Positions 9,701 through 18,148 of a DNA stretch of 64,000 nt are shown one piece after another (the first letter of the stretch is position 1; each line of letters begins with the position of its first letter). The notes beneath the pieces were generated by a model. It ran no database searches and had not been told where the DNA came from. It saw only the letters and a program-made list of their open reading frames with translations. The DNA comes from Geopsychrobacteraceae bacterium. GTDB lineage: Bacteria > Desulfobacterota > Desulfuromonadia > Desulfuromonadales > Geopsychrobacteraceae. The stretch is taken from assembly GCA_963662315.1 (NCBI GenBank), contig OY759353.1:3264001-3328000 (forward strand). The letters run 5' to 3'. The position numbers and the translations under genes were made by a program.

Positions 9701-11897
9701 TTACGGACGCATCATTGAAAATGCCGGTTATGACTATATTCAACAACGCTTCGGTGGTGACTTTGTCGAGAGTGACGCTGAACTGGCGCGCGGTGGCAAG
9801 CAACCTGACAGCGATGTGAAGATCATGTCATGGCAGAGTGCTCCGGTTAAAGTCACCGCGGATGGATCAGCGACCTTTACCCTCCCGGTTCCTGAGTTTA
9901 ACGGGCGTGTGCGCTGGATGGCGGTTGTCTATGCCGACCAGAGCTACGGCGCAGCCCAGGCGGAAACCCGGGTCGCCGATAAGGTTGTTGTCCAGTTGTC
10001 CAAGCCACGTTTTCTGGCTCCTGGCGACAGTGCGGAAATCAGCCTCGATGTCAGTAATCAAAGCGATGGGCCCCTTGACCTGAATATCGCTGTCCAGGTT
10101 GGTGGTGTGCTGGCCGCCCAGCCGCTGACACAGACCGTCTCTTTGGCGGATAAAGCCAAGCAGACCTTCAAATTCAATGTAGCCGCCACGGCCAGTGGGC
10201 GTGGTACCTTACAGCTCAAGGTCAATAGCGATAAGGGGAGTCCGGAGCTGGATCTTGAGCGTGATTGGTTTATCGATGTGCGCAGTGCTTATCCGGCGGT
10301 GACCCGCAAAGAGCAGGTGATTATCGAACCGGGAACGAGCTGGGTTCCGGGACTGGATATGACCGATCTGGCTGCGGCCAGCGTACAGGGGCGCATGGTT
10401 CTGTCGTTGCAGCCGCCTATCGATGTGAACAGTCATCTCCATGCCTTGTTACACTATCCCTACGGCTGTACCGAACAGAGCACCAGTTCCGGTTATCCCT
10501 GGGTATTGGTGACGCCTGAGAACGCCGCTAAAATGGGTTTGCTGGCGGAAATTGAGCAGCAGTTCAAGCAACCGTACAGCAATCAGTTCCGCAAGCAACA
10601 GATTGAAAAGGCGGTGGCACGGTTACTCCCCCGTCAGGTCTCTAGTGGTGGCTTTGGATACTGGACTGCAGATGAAGAGAATTTCTGGTTGACCGCTTAT
10701 GTCAGTGATTTTCTTACCGACGCCCAGGCGGTTGGTGCCAAGGTGCCCCATGAGACCCTGAAGAAAGCCCTGGACAGGCTGCAGCGCTATGTCAGGGGAA
10801 ATACTTCGGTAACTTACCGTTACAGTGACAACAACGAATATTACAGCTTTGCGACCCGCAGCTACGCGGCCTATGTGTTAGCTAAGGCGAAACAACTGAG
10901 CTTGTCTGATTTGCGGCGCTTTCATGATCAGATCAAAACTCAGAATTTGAAGCAATCCATACTCCCTTGGGTTCAGCTCGCCGCTGCTTTTGAAGCTTCC
11001 GGAGATAGTAAACGGGCCGACCAGTGTTATGAAAAAGCGAAGACTCTGGCTGTTAGCGAGGAGCGCTACTATGGAACTTATGGCAGCACCTTACGTGACC
11101 TGGCCTTAAGCTACGCCATTATGGCCGCAGCCGGACACCATGACAGCCAGCTGTTGCTGCAACTGTTTGATCAGACCAAGCAACGGAGCTGGCTCAGCAC
11201 CCAGGAGCGTAATGCCCTGTTCCGGGCTGCTGTAGCGGCCGGACAGGCTGACGATGGCCACCTGGAAGCCCTGCTTACAATGTCTTGCAAAGAGCAATTG
11301 ATCGCCCGGGAGGGTGATTTTAAAGCGCTCTTTTCGCAACCGCAACTGGTAGCCCTAGGCCAGGTCAAGGCCAAGGATAGCCAGCTTTATGGGATGTTGG
11401 AAGTGGTTGGTAATTATCAGCTACCACCTAAAGCATACGGCAATGGCCCGCATATCAGCCGTGATTTTTTTGATCTCGATGGTCAGCCGTTGGATATCTC
11501 TGAGCTCAAATCCGGAGATCTGGTTATTGTGCGGTTGACTGCAGGGGCAGACAAGCGTACGCCGGATGCCTTGCTGGTCGATCTGCTGCCCGCCGGGTTC
11601 GAACTGGAAAACCAGAATCTTGGCGGCAGCAGTGTTGATCTGAGCAGCTTGGCGGTGGCGGGAAAGAGTCTCGCCGATTGGCAACAGCAGGCCCATATCA
11701 GCCATCTCGAATATCGTGATGATCGTTTTGTCGCTGCTTTACCTCTGTCTGAATATGAGAATGCGACGGTTTATTATCTGGTTCGGGCCGTAACCCCGGG
11801 AACCTATAGTGTGCCGCCGTCTTATGTTGAGGATATGTACCGGCCAGAGCGCCAGGCGGTTGGCGCAACGCCTGCCCGGGTGAGGATTATGCCCTGA
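6780..11897 (+). CDS. Bacterial alpha-2-macroglobulin (YfhM-type) with N-terminal LprI-like domain
   Basis: 1705 aa; thioester motif YPYGCTEQ; YRPGET, DLLPAGFE, RAVTPG, EDMYRPE; directly upstream of pbpC. Confidence 0.93.
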   Translation: MKILAKRFVGKTLVYALLVVLTGQSVFGASFDCAKATTGIEKMICDNPAVSQQDSELGELYATVVEQSRYPGNIKSAQRQWLKARNQCASVACLNDQYQLRQTALQEQLLKIQYSGQPLKITSALEQTYDNASALAVRFSVPLDKHADYKKFFQLETNNEKQPQSSWILSEDGLLAIFPFVEPKTEYVLTVKPGLLAINGAKQVDLFTTKITTRRNEPSASFAGSAAVMSTKLKRALPVTTLNVDAVDVDIFRINPDAIPAWSYFNTSKQREYYEFTSFAKENPLVYSGRFDIEQRRNQRGTQNLDLSEVTALDKPGAYLAVLRVPGQYAYSYDTNFFTVSDIGLQVRRHREHLVVFCSSIGSGANLDNVEISLYQSNKLVAQVVTDENGVAEFNDWFEDNTVLVARQGDQISVLRFDQPLDLSGIRNAISRHLPRQAFAWGPRNIYRPGETVMTYALLRDYDGRQVRSVPLRVELIDGSGNSLKTLTVNAGSEGSYQFSYDLPRDAKTGPWKLVYREPGKDSIIHEYKFAVEDFLPERMSLTLLDGKDEVQHLVYGDGQLTLPVQGDYLYGAPAAGNKADGFVGVELERHPFEQWKTFSFGIADKKIERQRLPLDEIALDEHGHGQWQVALAQWQDIDSPLALTVTASLYESGGRPVTRSTTVTRIKGEQLIGIEPQFSERPENDSRPEFRLIVTDSNGNLLTGNDYRYSLVREDRNYYWTYDENSGWEWHYDPMEYEVFSGQLKFDGAQATRIATPVQWGNYRLEVYSPQNQLLSTYRFRTSWYWWGNSAEESGLKPDQVRMTFRDGSYQQGQTAHLLLTPPTDGLATITVETNEEILWISQQQVASAGSDIDIPVEKDWFRHDIYVTATVLAPGDMKHSVAPKRAFGFVNLPLKRKDADLNVTIEAPERVESGRDVEARVKISAPGGVPDNTYVTLAAVDIGVLNITRYKTPNPGAYFYAARRYDVDYYDIYGRIIENAGYDYIQQRFGGDFVESDAELARGGKQPDSDVKIMSWQSAPVKVTADGSATFTLPVPEFNGRVRWMAVVYADQSYGAAQAETRVADKVVVQLSKPRFLAPGDSAEISLDVSNQSDGPLDLNIAVQVGGVLAAQPLTQTVSLADKAKQTFKFNVAATASGRGTLQLKVNSDKGSPELDLERDWFIDVRSAYPAVTRKEQVIIEPGTSWVPGLDMTDLAAASVQGRMVLSLQPPIDVNSHLHALLHYPYGCTEQSTSSGYPWVLVTPENAAKMGLLAEIEQQFKQPYSNQFRKQQIEKAVARLLPRQVSSGGFGYWTADEENFWLTAYVSDFLTDAQAVGAKVPHETLKKALDRLQRYVRGNTSVTYRYSDNNEYYSFATRSYAAYVLAKAKQLSLSDLRRFHDQIKTQNLKQSILPWVQLAAAFEASGDSKRADQCYEKAKTLAVSEERYYGTYGSTLRDLALSYAIMAAAGHHDSQLLLQLFDQTKQRSWLSTQERNALFRAAVAAGQADDGHLEALLTMSCKEQLIAREGDFKALFSQPQLVALGQVKAKDSQLYGMLEVVGNYQLPPKAYGNGPHISRDFFDLDGQPLDISELKSGDLVIVRLTAGADKRTPDALLVDLLPAGFELENQNLGGSSVDLSSLAVAGKSLADWQQQAHISHLEYRDDRFVAALPLSEYENATVYYLVRAVTPGTYSVPPSYVEDMYRPERQAVGATPARVRIMP

Positions 11898-11902
11898 TCG
11901 GA

Positions 11903-14239
11903 ATGATGATAAAGCGATTGCCGCGGCTTCTGCCCGGCACCCCGCGCAGGAAAGTTCTGTGCGGGGTGCTGGGCAGTCTGTTGCTTCTTGTTTTCAGCTG
12001 GTTGCTGCTCAATCTGGTTGCTCCGGCCGATTTGACGGCCCGTCAACCGGCACAGGTGGTTGTTGACCAGAATGGTCAGTTGCTCAGGGCTTTTGCTGAT
12101 CAGAATGGCGTCTGGCGTTATCATGTCAGTGCTGATCAGGTTTCGCCCTATTATTTTGAAGCATTATTTACTTATGAAGATCGCTGGTTTTATCAGCATT
12201 GGGGGGTGAATCCCCTGGCCTTGAGTCGTGCTGCCTGGCAGTGGTTACGTCATGGTGAAATCATATCAGGTGGTTCAACCCTGACCATGCAGGTGGCCCG
12301 CATTCGCTATAACCTTAAAGGGGGCTGGGCTGACAAATTCCGCCAGATGCTGATTGCTCTGCAGCTGGAGTGGCGCTACAGCAAAGCGGAAATCCTTGAT
12401 TATTATCTGAACCATGCCCCTTTCGGCGGGACTCTGGAAGGGGTTGAGGCCGCCAGCCGCAGCTATTTCGGCTACCCGGCCGCCCAACTGACCAGGGCTC
12501 AGGCAGCGTTGCTCGCAGTTTTGCCCCAAGCTCCCAGTCGTAACCGACCTGATCGTTATCCGGAGCGCGCCAGGCATGAACGTGATAAAGTTCTCGATCG
12601 CCTTGTTGCCTTTGGCAAACTCAGTCCGGCCGCAGCTGCTGATGCCAAACTTGAAGAGGTTGATGCCACCCCCCCAAGGACTCCGTTGATCGCTCCTCTG
12701 CTGGCGTGGCGCCTGCACCAGCGACTGCCGGATCAGCCTGTGATCGCAACCTTTCTGAATCACGACCTGCAGATATCGTTGGAAGAGGTGGCCAGAAACA
12801 GTTTGCATCTGTTACCGGAGCGAGTCTCGGTTGCCATTATGGTGATGGAGCATGGCAGTGGTCGGGTGGTTGGCTATGTCGGGTCTGCTGATTTTACCGA
12901 TGAACAGCGCTTCGGTCATATTGATATGATCACCGCCTGGCGCTCCCCCGGTTCAACCCTCAAGCCATTTATTTTTGGCATGGCCATGGATGACGGGCTG
13001 GTTCACAGTGAAAGCCTGCTGCTAAATGTCCCCCTCTCGTTTGGAGACTATCGCCCGTTTAACTTTACGCGTGGTTTTTCCGGTCCCGTCAGTGTCAGCA
13101 CCACATTGCAGCAATCTCTGAATGTTCCATCTGTTCAGGTTCTTGAGCGGCTTGAACCCAACAATTTTTACGCCAGAATGCAAACGGCTGGCGCGGAGCT
13201 GCATTTGCCGCCCGGTGCCCGCCCGAGCTTGGCTTTGGCTCTCGGAGGTGTTGCTACAGACCTTGAACACCTGGTGCGCATGTACAGTGCTTTAGGCAAT
13301 GATGGGGAAACCTTGAAACCGCGCTTAACCAGTGCTGACCCTGAAATTCGCGAGCCCTTGCTGAGTCCGGGAGCGGCCTGGATTATTCGGACTTTACTCA
13401 GTGCTCAACAGCACCGCCAGCGCTGGTCACAGCCCTCTTTTGCGGTTAAAACCGGGACCAGTTATGGCAATCGTGACACCTGGGCGGTGGCGGTAACGGC
13501 TCACCATACTCTTGGGGTGTGGGTTGGCAGCCCCGACAATGCGGCCATGGTCGGCCATTATGGCAGTTTTACCGCGGTTCCGATTGCACGAGCGGTGGCA
13601 GCGGTATTACCGGCAACTACGTATCAATTGCCAGGTCAGCCTGAGACCGTCTCCCGCCAGGTTATCTGCTGGCCGGGAGGACAACCCGCAGCAGAAAATT
13701 TATGTGATGAAAAACACCGTGCCTGGATTCTTGATGGCATGCTGCCGCGCACCTTCATGGGAACTCTTGATAATATTCCCCTGATTCCCGCAGCGCAAAT
13801 AACCGTGCACGTGGCCGACGATACAGGTTTACGTGCTCCCCTCGGGTGTCTGTCGGCAACACATCAGGTCCAGATTCCGGTCTGGCCTGCAGCATTACAG
13901 AACTGGCTGCCGTCGGCTTGGCGGAATAGCATGCGGATCCCACCACGCGACCCGAGGTGCCTGATTGACGATGGGTTGTTGCCGGATGTGCCTCTGCGTA
14001 TCAGTGGTGTACAGGATGGTGATCGGGTAAAGATTCATGCCAGCACCCATGCCAGTCCTGATCTGCAGGTCGTCGCGGTAGGTGGACAACCCGAGTGGTT
14101 CTGGTTTTTAAATGGAGAACTTCTGGCTGAACGTGGACCACGATTGAACTTGCCTTTGCCCCTGCCCGGACAATATGAATTAACCGTTGCTGATCAAGCC
14201 GGGGAGAGTGACCGGATTCGTTTTGTTGTCGAACCTTGA
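11903..14239 (+). CDS. pbpC: Penicillin-binding protein 1C
   Basis: EDRWFYQHWGVN and GGSTLTMQVAR transglycosylase motifs; STLK, SLN, KTG transpeptidase motifs; C-terminal BiPBP-like domain. Confidence 0.95.
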   Translation: MMIKRLPRLLPGTPRRKVLCGVLGSLLLLVFSWLLLNLVAPADLTARQPAQVVVDQNGQLLRAFADQNGVWRYHVSADQVSPYYFEALFTYEDRWFYQHWGVNPLALSRAAWQWLRHGEIISGGSTLTMQVARIRYNLKGGWADKFRQMLIALQLEWRYSKAEILDYYLNHAPFGGTLEGVEAASRSYFGYPAAQLTRAQAALLAVLPQAPSRNRPDRYPERARHERDKVLDRLVAFGKLSPAAAADAKLEEVDATPPRTPLIAPLLAWRLHQRLPDQPVIATFLNHDLQISLEEVARNSLHLLPERVSVAIMVMEHGSGRVVGYVGSADFTDEQRFGHIDMITAWRSPGSTLKPFIFGMAMDDGLVHSESLLLNVPLSFGDYRPFNFTRGFSGPVSVSTTLQQSLNVPSVQVLERLEPNNFYARMQTAGAELHLPPGARPSLALALGGVATDLEHLVRMYSALGNDGETLKPRLTSADPEIREPLLSPGAAWIIRTLLSAQQHRQRWSQPSFAVKTGTSYGNRDTWAVAVTAHHTLGVWVGSPDNAAMVGHYGSFTAVPIARAVAAVLPATTYQLPGQPETVSRQVICWPGGQPAAENLCDEKHRAWILDGMLPRTFMGTLDNIPLIPAAQITVHVADDTGLRAPLGCLSATHQVQIPVWPAALQNWLPSAWRNSMRIPPRDPRCLIDDGLLPDVPLRISGVQDGDRVKIHASTHASPDLQVVAVGGQPEWFWFLNGELLAERGPRLNLPLPLPGQYELTVADQAGESDRIRFVVEP

Positions 14240-14336
14240 ATGAATAAATGCTTTGTAGGGGGTGGTATGCTAGCTGTCAACGTTGGCGGGATGTGGGTTT
14301 GTTCAGATTTACTGATACGGCGGGACCTCTTTTAAG

Positions 14337-14380
14337 ATGCGACCTGGGTACGGCAAGTATGACGTCAGCTCAGGTCGCAT
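14337..14380. terminator. Hairpin between convergent pbpC and NifU-like genes
   Basis: ATGCGACCTG...CAGGTCGCAT inverted repeat. Confidence 0.45.
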
Positions 14381-14410
14381 GCCAATTTAATCCTTGATAA
14401 AAACGACAAG

Positions 14411-14644
14411 TTACCTTAATTCTTCCAGTTCAACTTCAATTTCAGCGTCCGGGTACTCTTTTTTAATGGCTTTTTCTATCCGGAGCCTATGAGCCCAGAT
14501 AAAGGCCATCGGGGTGTTGGGGTTTTCTTTTTGATGGAGAAGGATAACGCCGCTCTTGCTGATACCTTGTAATTCAATAGATCCGCCATCTCCTTCAATA
14601 CCTGGTCTGAAGCGCTCGATGATGTCATTGATCTGCTTTTCCAT
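14411..14644 (-). CDS. Small NifU C-terminal-domain-like protein lacking the CxxC motif
   Basis: FRPGIEGDGGSIEL and IEKAIKKEYPD resemble Nfu domains; no cysteines; ATG 14644 with upstream GGAG. Confidence 0.6.
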   Translation of the reverse strand: MEKQINDIIERFRPGIEGDGGSIELQGISKSGVILLHQKENPNTPMAFIWAHRLRIEKAIKKEYPDAEIEVELEELR

Positions 14645-14714
14645 GTAAAGCTCCTTTGCAAAAGATGAAATGACCGGAGTTTTGTCTCCTTGTTTCAGTA
14701 AAATATGTAGTTTT

Positions 14715-14730
14715 TGGCACTTTGTGTGCA
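14715..14730 (+). promoter_or_regulatory. Candidate sigma54 promoter upstream of moaC
   Basis: TGGCAC-TTTGT-GTGCA (GG-N10-GC). Confidence 0.45.
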
Positions 14731-14826
14731 CAGGTACTGTACCCAAATACGTGCAGCATAGGCTGCCATAACCATGCCAATTGATCATTTACCGATATTC
14801 CCGAATCAGCCAATGGAGGAGATAGT

Positions 14827-15309
14827 ATGGATTTCAATCATTTTGACGAACGTGGAAATGCAGTCATGGTCGATGTCAGTCCCAAACAAAGAACGATGCG
14901 CACGGCAATTGCCGAAGCCTCAGTCTTCATGTCCGCAAAAGTTCTTGATGCAATTCAGGACGGTGGTATCGCAAAAGGGGACGTTTTTGGCACGGCACGC
15001 CTGGCCGGTATTATGGCCGCTAAAAAGACTCCCGAACTGATCCCCCTGTCTCATCCTTTGTCACTGCATGCCATCAGTGTTGATTTCGAACAGGATTTCG
15101 AACAGCACAAAGTTTTGATTAAATGTACGGTCAGAGCCTATGAGCGGACCGGAGTCGAAATGGAAGCCATGACCGGAGCCAGCGTAGCCGCTTTGACAAT
15201 CTATGATATGTGCAAAGGGAGTGACAAATCGATCAGCATCAGTGATGTACGCCTGCTGTACAAGGAAGGTGGAAAAAGCGGTGTGTTCCGCCGGGAGGAA
15301 GTTATATGA
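14827..15309 (+). CDS. moaC: Cyclic pyranopterin monophosphate synthase
   Basis: MVDVSPK, AGIMAAKKTPELIPLSH, TGVEMEA, TIYDMCK, KEGGKSG. Confidence 0.97.
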   Translation: MDFNHFDERGNAVMVDVSPKQRTMRTAIAEASVFMSAKVLDAIQDGGIAKGDVFGTARLAGIMAAKKTPELIPLSHPLSLHAISVDFEQDFEQHKVLIKCTVRAYERTGVEMEAMTGASVAALTIYDMCKGSDKSISISDVRLLYKEGGKSGVFRREEVI

Positions 15310-15812
15310 AACGTTTCAAGGCTGCAGTGCTGACCCTGAGTGATAAAGGCGCGCGGGGTGAACGGGTCGATGAAAGCGGTCCGGCGCTGACCGCCTGGCT
15401 GGCCGGTTACGGGGTACAGACCGTGCGCACGCTGGTTCTTCCCGATCAACAGGATCTGATTGCCGATGTCCTGAAGGATTGGTCCGATCGCGAGTTGGCC
15501 GAACTGATTCTGACTACCGGGGGGACCGGGCTTGCCCCTCGTGATGTTACCCCTGAAGCAACCACCGCGGTTGTTGAGCGTCTGATCCCCGGAATCAGTG
15601 AGCTGATGCGCCTGAGTAGTCTTGATAAAACCCCGACGGCGGCACTGTCGCGTGCCGTAGCCGGAATTCGTAAACAGTCGCTGATCATCAATCTTCCAGG
15701 AAGTCCAAAAGCCGCGTTGGAAAACCTGGCTGCCGTGTGGCCGGTCATTGATCATGGAATTGCCAAGATGTGTGGCGATCAGGAAGATTGCGCCGGCCGT
15801 TTCAGTTGGTGA
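15306..15812 (+). CDS. mog: Molybdopterin adenylyltransferase (MogA/MoaB family)
   Basis: LTLSD, DESGP, TTGGTGLAPRDVTPEAT, INLPGSPKA. Confidence 0.92.
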   Translation: MKRFKAAVLTLSDKGARGERVDESGPALTAWLAGYGVQTVRTLVLPDQQDLIADVLKDWSDRELAELILTTGGTGLAPRDVTPEATTAVVERLIPGISELMRLSSLDKTPTAALSRAVAGIRKQSLIINLPGSPKAALENLAAVWPVIDHGIAKMCGDQEDCAGRFSW

Positions 15813-15872
15813 AAAAGGGTTTGTCGGCAAGGGAACCTTAAAGGTTAAAAAGCTGATGAATATTGTTAAGAA

Positions 15873-15906
15873 AGGGGCGTCTCAAATTGAGACGCCCCTA
15901 TTTTTA
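15873..15906 (+). terminator. Rho-independent terminator after mog
   Basis: AGGGGCGTCTCAA-A-TTGAGACGCCCCT followed by a T tract. Confidence 0.85.
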
Positions 15907-16016
15907 TGTCGCAAAACGGTACTATTGCGGACCGCTACAGGAACCAGGCAGAAAAGGAAAGTGACTACATAGGCCTAGCTGGCCCTCTGCCACATTTATT
16001 GCGCCAGTATGTGGAG

Positions 16017-16031
16017 TGGCATGATCCTTGC
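16017..16031 (+). promoter_or_regulatory. Sigma54 promoter of the mobA-oxidoreductase operon
   Basis: TGGCAT-GATCC-TTGC, near the -24/-12 consensus. Confidence 0.7.
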
Positions 16032-16095
16032 CAAGTTAGAAGGGAAAAGTAGGTACTGCTCAAATACCATTCTTCGTGGAGAGTTCAATTTGTCC

Positions 16096-16854
16096 ATGTC
16101 AGTTATCAATGATGTTTATGCCAAAAAACACTGTCGCTCCAAGCATAAAAAAGGAGGGGCAGAGAATGGCCGGGCTCTGGTCTTCGGAAATCTCTGTTTG
16201 GCGCAGGACAAGTCCGGGACCGATGCGCTTAAAGATGTGACCGGGGTTATTCTTGCTGGCGGCGCTTCAGCGCGTATGGGCCAGGACAAGGCGCTGCTTA
16301 AATTGGGCGATGTGACCCTGATCGAAAGAGTTTACCACGTGCTGAAGCAACTCTTTAAAAACGTTCTGGTGGTGACCAATGCGCCTGAGAAACTGGATTT
16401 CTTACCGTGCCGAAAGATTACTGATCGGTTTAGCGGTGCCGGAGTTTTGTCAGGGCTGCATGCCGGCCTGCTTGCTAGTACGACTGAGCGTATTTGCGTC
16501 GTTCCATGTGATGCCCCGTTTCTCAACGCCGAGCTGTTGACCCATATGTGCTTGGTCTCTAGTGACTGTGATGCGTTGGTTCCTGTGTCGGCCAGTGGGA
16601 GCAAGCCTTTGCATGCAGTTTACAGCAGGCATTGCCTACCCGTACTCAATGATCTTCTGCTTACCTCGGACCGGAGCCTGGAGCATTTGCTCGCCCAGGT
16701 CAGGTGTCGTTATCTGTCGCCTGCAGAATATCAGGGGATTGTTGGTGCCGAGCTATCGTTTTGTGATCTTGATTTTCCTGAGGAGTATCACGGTCTGACA
16801 GCGTCACCAGGGGCAGAGCACGGCATGTCTTCAGGGCACGGCAACAAGGGGTGA
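16096..16854 (+). CDS. mobA: Molybdenum cofactor guanylyltransferase (MobA-like)
   Basis: GVILAGGASARMGQDKA, LSGLHAGL, VPCDAPF, PLHAVY; start set downstream of the sigma54 site (uncertain). Confidence 0.8.
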   Translation: MSVINDVYAKKHCRSKHKKGGAENGRALVFGNLCLAQDKSGTDALKDVTGVILAGGASARMGQDKALLKLGDVTLIERVYHVLKQLFKNVLVVTNAPEKLDFLPCRKITDRFSGAGVLSGLHAGLLASTTERICVVPCDAPFLNAELLTHMCLVSSDCDALVPVSASGSKPLHAVYSRHCLPVLNDLLLTSDRSLEHLLAQVRCRYLSPAEYQGIVGAELSFCDLDFPEEYHGLTASPGAEHGMSSGHGNKG

Positions 16855-16860
16855 TCGCTG

Positions 16861-18042
16861 ATGAAGGATGAACGCACCAATAAAATTCCGGGTCTGGATT
16901 ACTTTTCCAGCGAATGTGCGGGGTGTGAACTCTGCTATGCCGAGTGTTCGATACTGAATGGCCTTAATATGAGTCCGCATCAGTTGGCTAATACACTGCT
17001 TGGCAACCAGGAACTTCCCGCTGATATTGTCAGTCTGGTGCAACAGTGCTCCCTGTGTGGGTTGTGTAGTAGCCATTGCCCTTTTGGACTGAATCCCGGA
17101 GACCTGATGCAGTCAGCGCGTCAGAGTCTGATAAACGCAGACAGTATCGAAGCTGAAGCCTATCAGCCCATGCTGGTTGATCAGCAGCATCATTTTTTCT
17201 CATTATTTCGCAGTTCCTGGCAGATTGATTACAGTGACCTCAAGCGCGATAACTGTGAAACTCTGTTTTTTCCCGGTTGTAGCCTGTCCAGTTTTGCCCC
17301 CGAGTTGACCCGTAAGGTCTTTAGCTGGTTGCAGGATCAGGGGATGGATCCTGGTTTCAGCGATTCCTGCTGTGGTTTGCCATTGGCCAATATTGGTTTG
17401 TCCGAGCGTTGCCAGACCCATGTGGCGAGGTTGGCCTCTGAATTTGCCAAGGCTGGCGTCACCCGCATAATCAGCGCCTGCCCGAACTGTTATTACCATT
17501 TACAGAATCAGTTTGCCGCTATTGAGGTGGTTTCTCTTTACCCGCTTTTGGAAGCGTCCGGTATCCAGGTGCCATCCGGTATTAAGGCGACGATTCACGA
17601 TTCCTGCCCGGACCGTTACACTGGAACCATCGGGGAGTCGTTGCGCACTATTATGAGTGCTACTGAAATTGTTGAGATGGAACATCACGGGTCCAAAACC
17701 ATTTGCTGTGGTTCTGGTGGCATTGTTTCGATGGTTGCTCCCGAAGTCAGTCAAGAGCGAGCTGAACTGCGTATTGCCGAAATCAAGGCAAGCAAGGCTG
17801 ATATCTGCGTCAGCACCTGTATGGCATGTGTCAAGCGTCTGCATGTTGAAAATGATGACAGCCCGGAAGTTGTCCATCTGCTTGAACTGATTTTTGACCG
17901 CAAAATCAATCATGATCAGCTGCAGCAGCGTTTGGAAGAGATGTGGCAGGGGGAACTGGGACGTCGCAACCTGGAGTTACTTGATGATTTGGGTCATGTC
18001 CATGCCAATCAAGCAACTAAGTCACCTGAAAGAGTTTCATGA
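16861..18042 (+). CDS. Fe-S oxidoreductase, 2x[4Fe-4S] plus two CCG domains (HdrD/GlcF-like)
   Basis: CAGCELCYAEC, CSLCGLCSSHCP, FPGC, CCGLP, ACPNC, HDSC, CCGSGG, CMAC. Confidence 0.88.
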   Translation: MKDERTNKIPGLDYFSSECAGCELCYAECSILNGLNMSPHQLANTLLGNQELPADIVSLVQQCSLCGLCSSHCPFGLNPGDLMQSARQSLINADSIEAEAYQPMLVDQQHHFFSLFRSSWQIDYSDLKRDNCETLFFPGCSLSSFAPELTRKVFSWLQDQGMDPGFSDSCCGLPLANIGLSERCQTHVARLASEFAKAGVTRIISACPNCYYHLQNQFAAIEVVSLYPLLEASGIQVPSGIKATIHDSCPDRYTGTIGESLRTIMSATEIVEMEHHGSKTICCGSGGIVSMVAPEVSQERAELRIAEIKASKADICVSTCMACVKRLHVENDDSPEVVHLLELIFDRKINHDQLQQRLEEMWQGELGRRNLELLDDLGHVHANQATKSPERVS

Positions 18043-18148
18043 CTTTTAATAGCTATCCATCCGCCATGTTCTGGATGGTTTGTCGTCGGTTTTCGAGCCG
18101 GGAGAATCCCTTTTCCCTATGTAAACTGACTGGATAAAAGGAAGGCAC

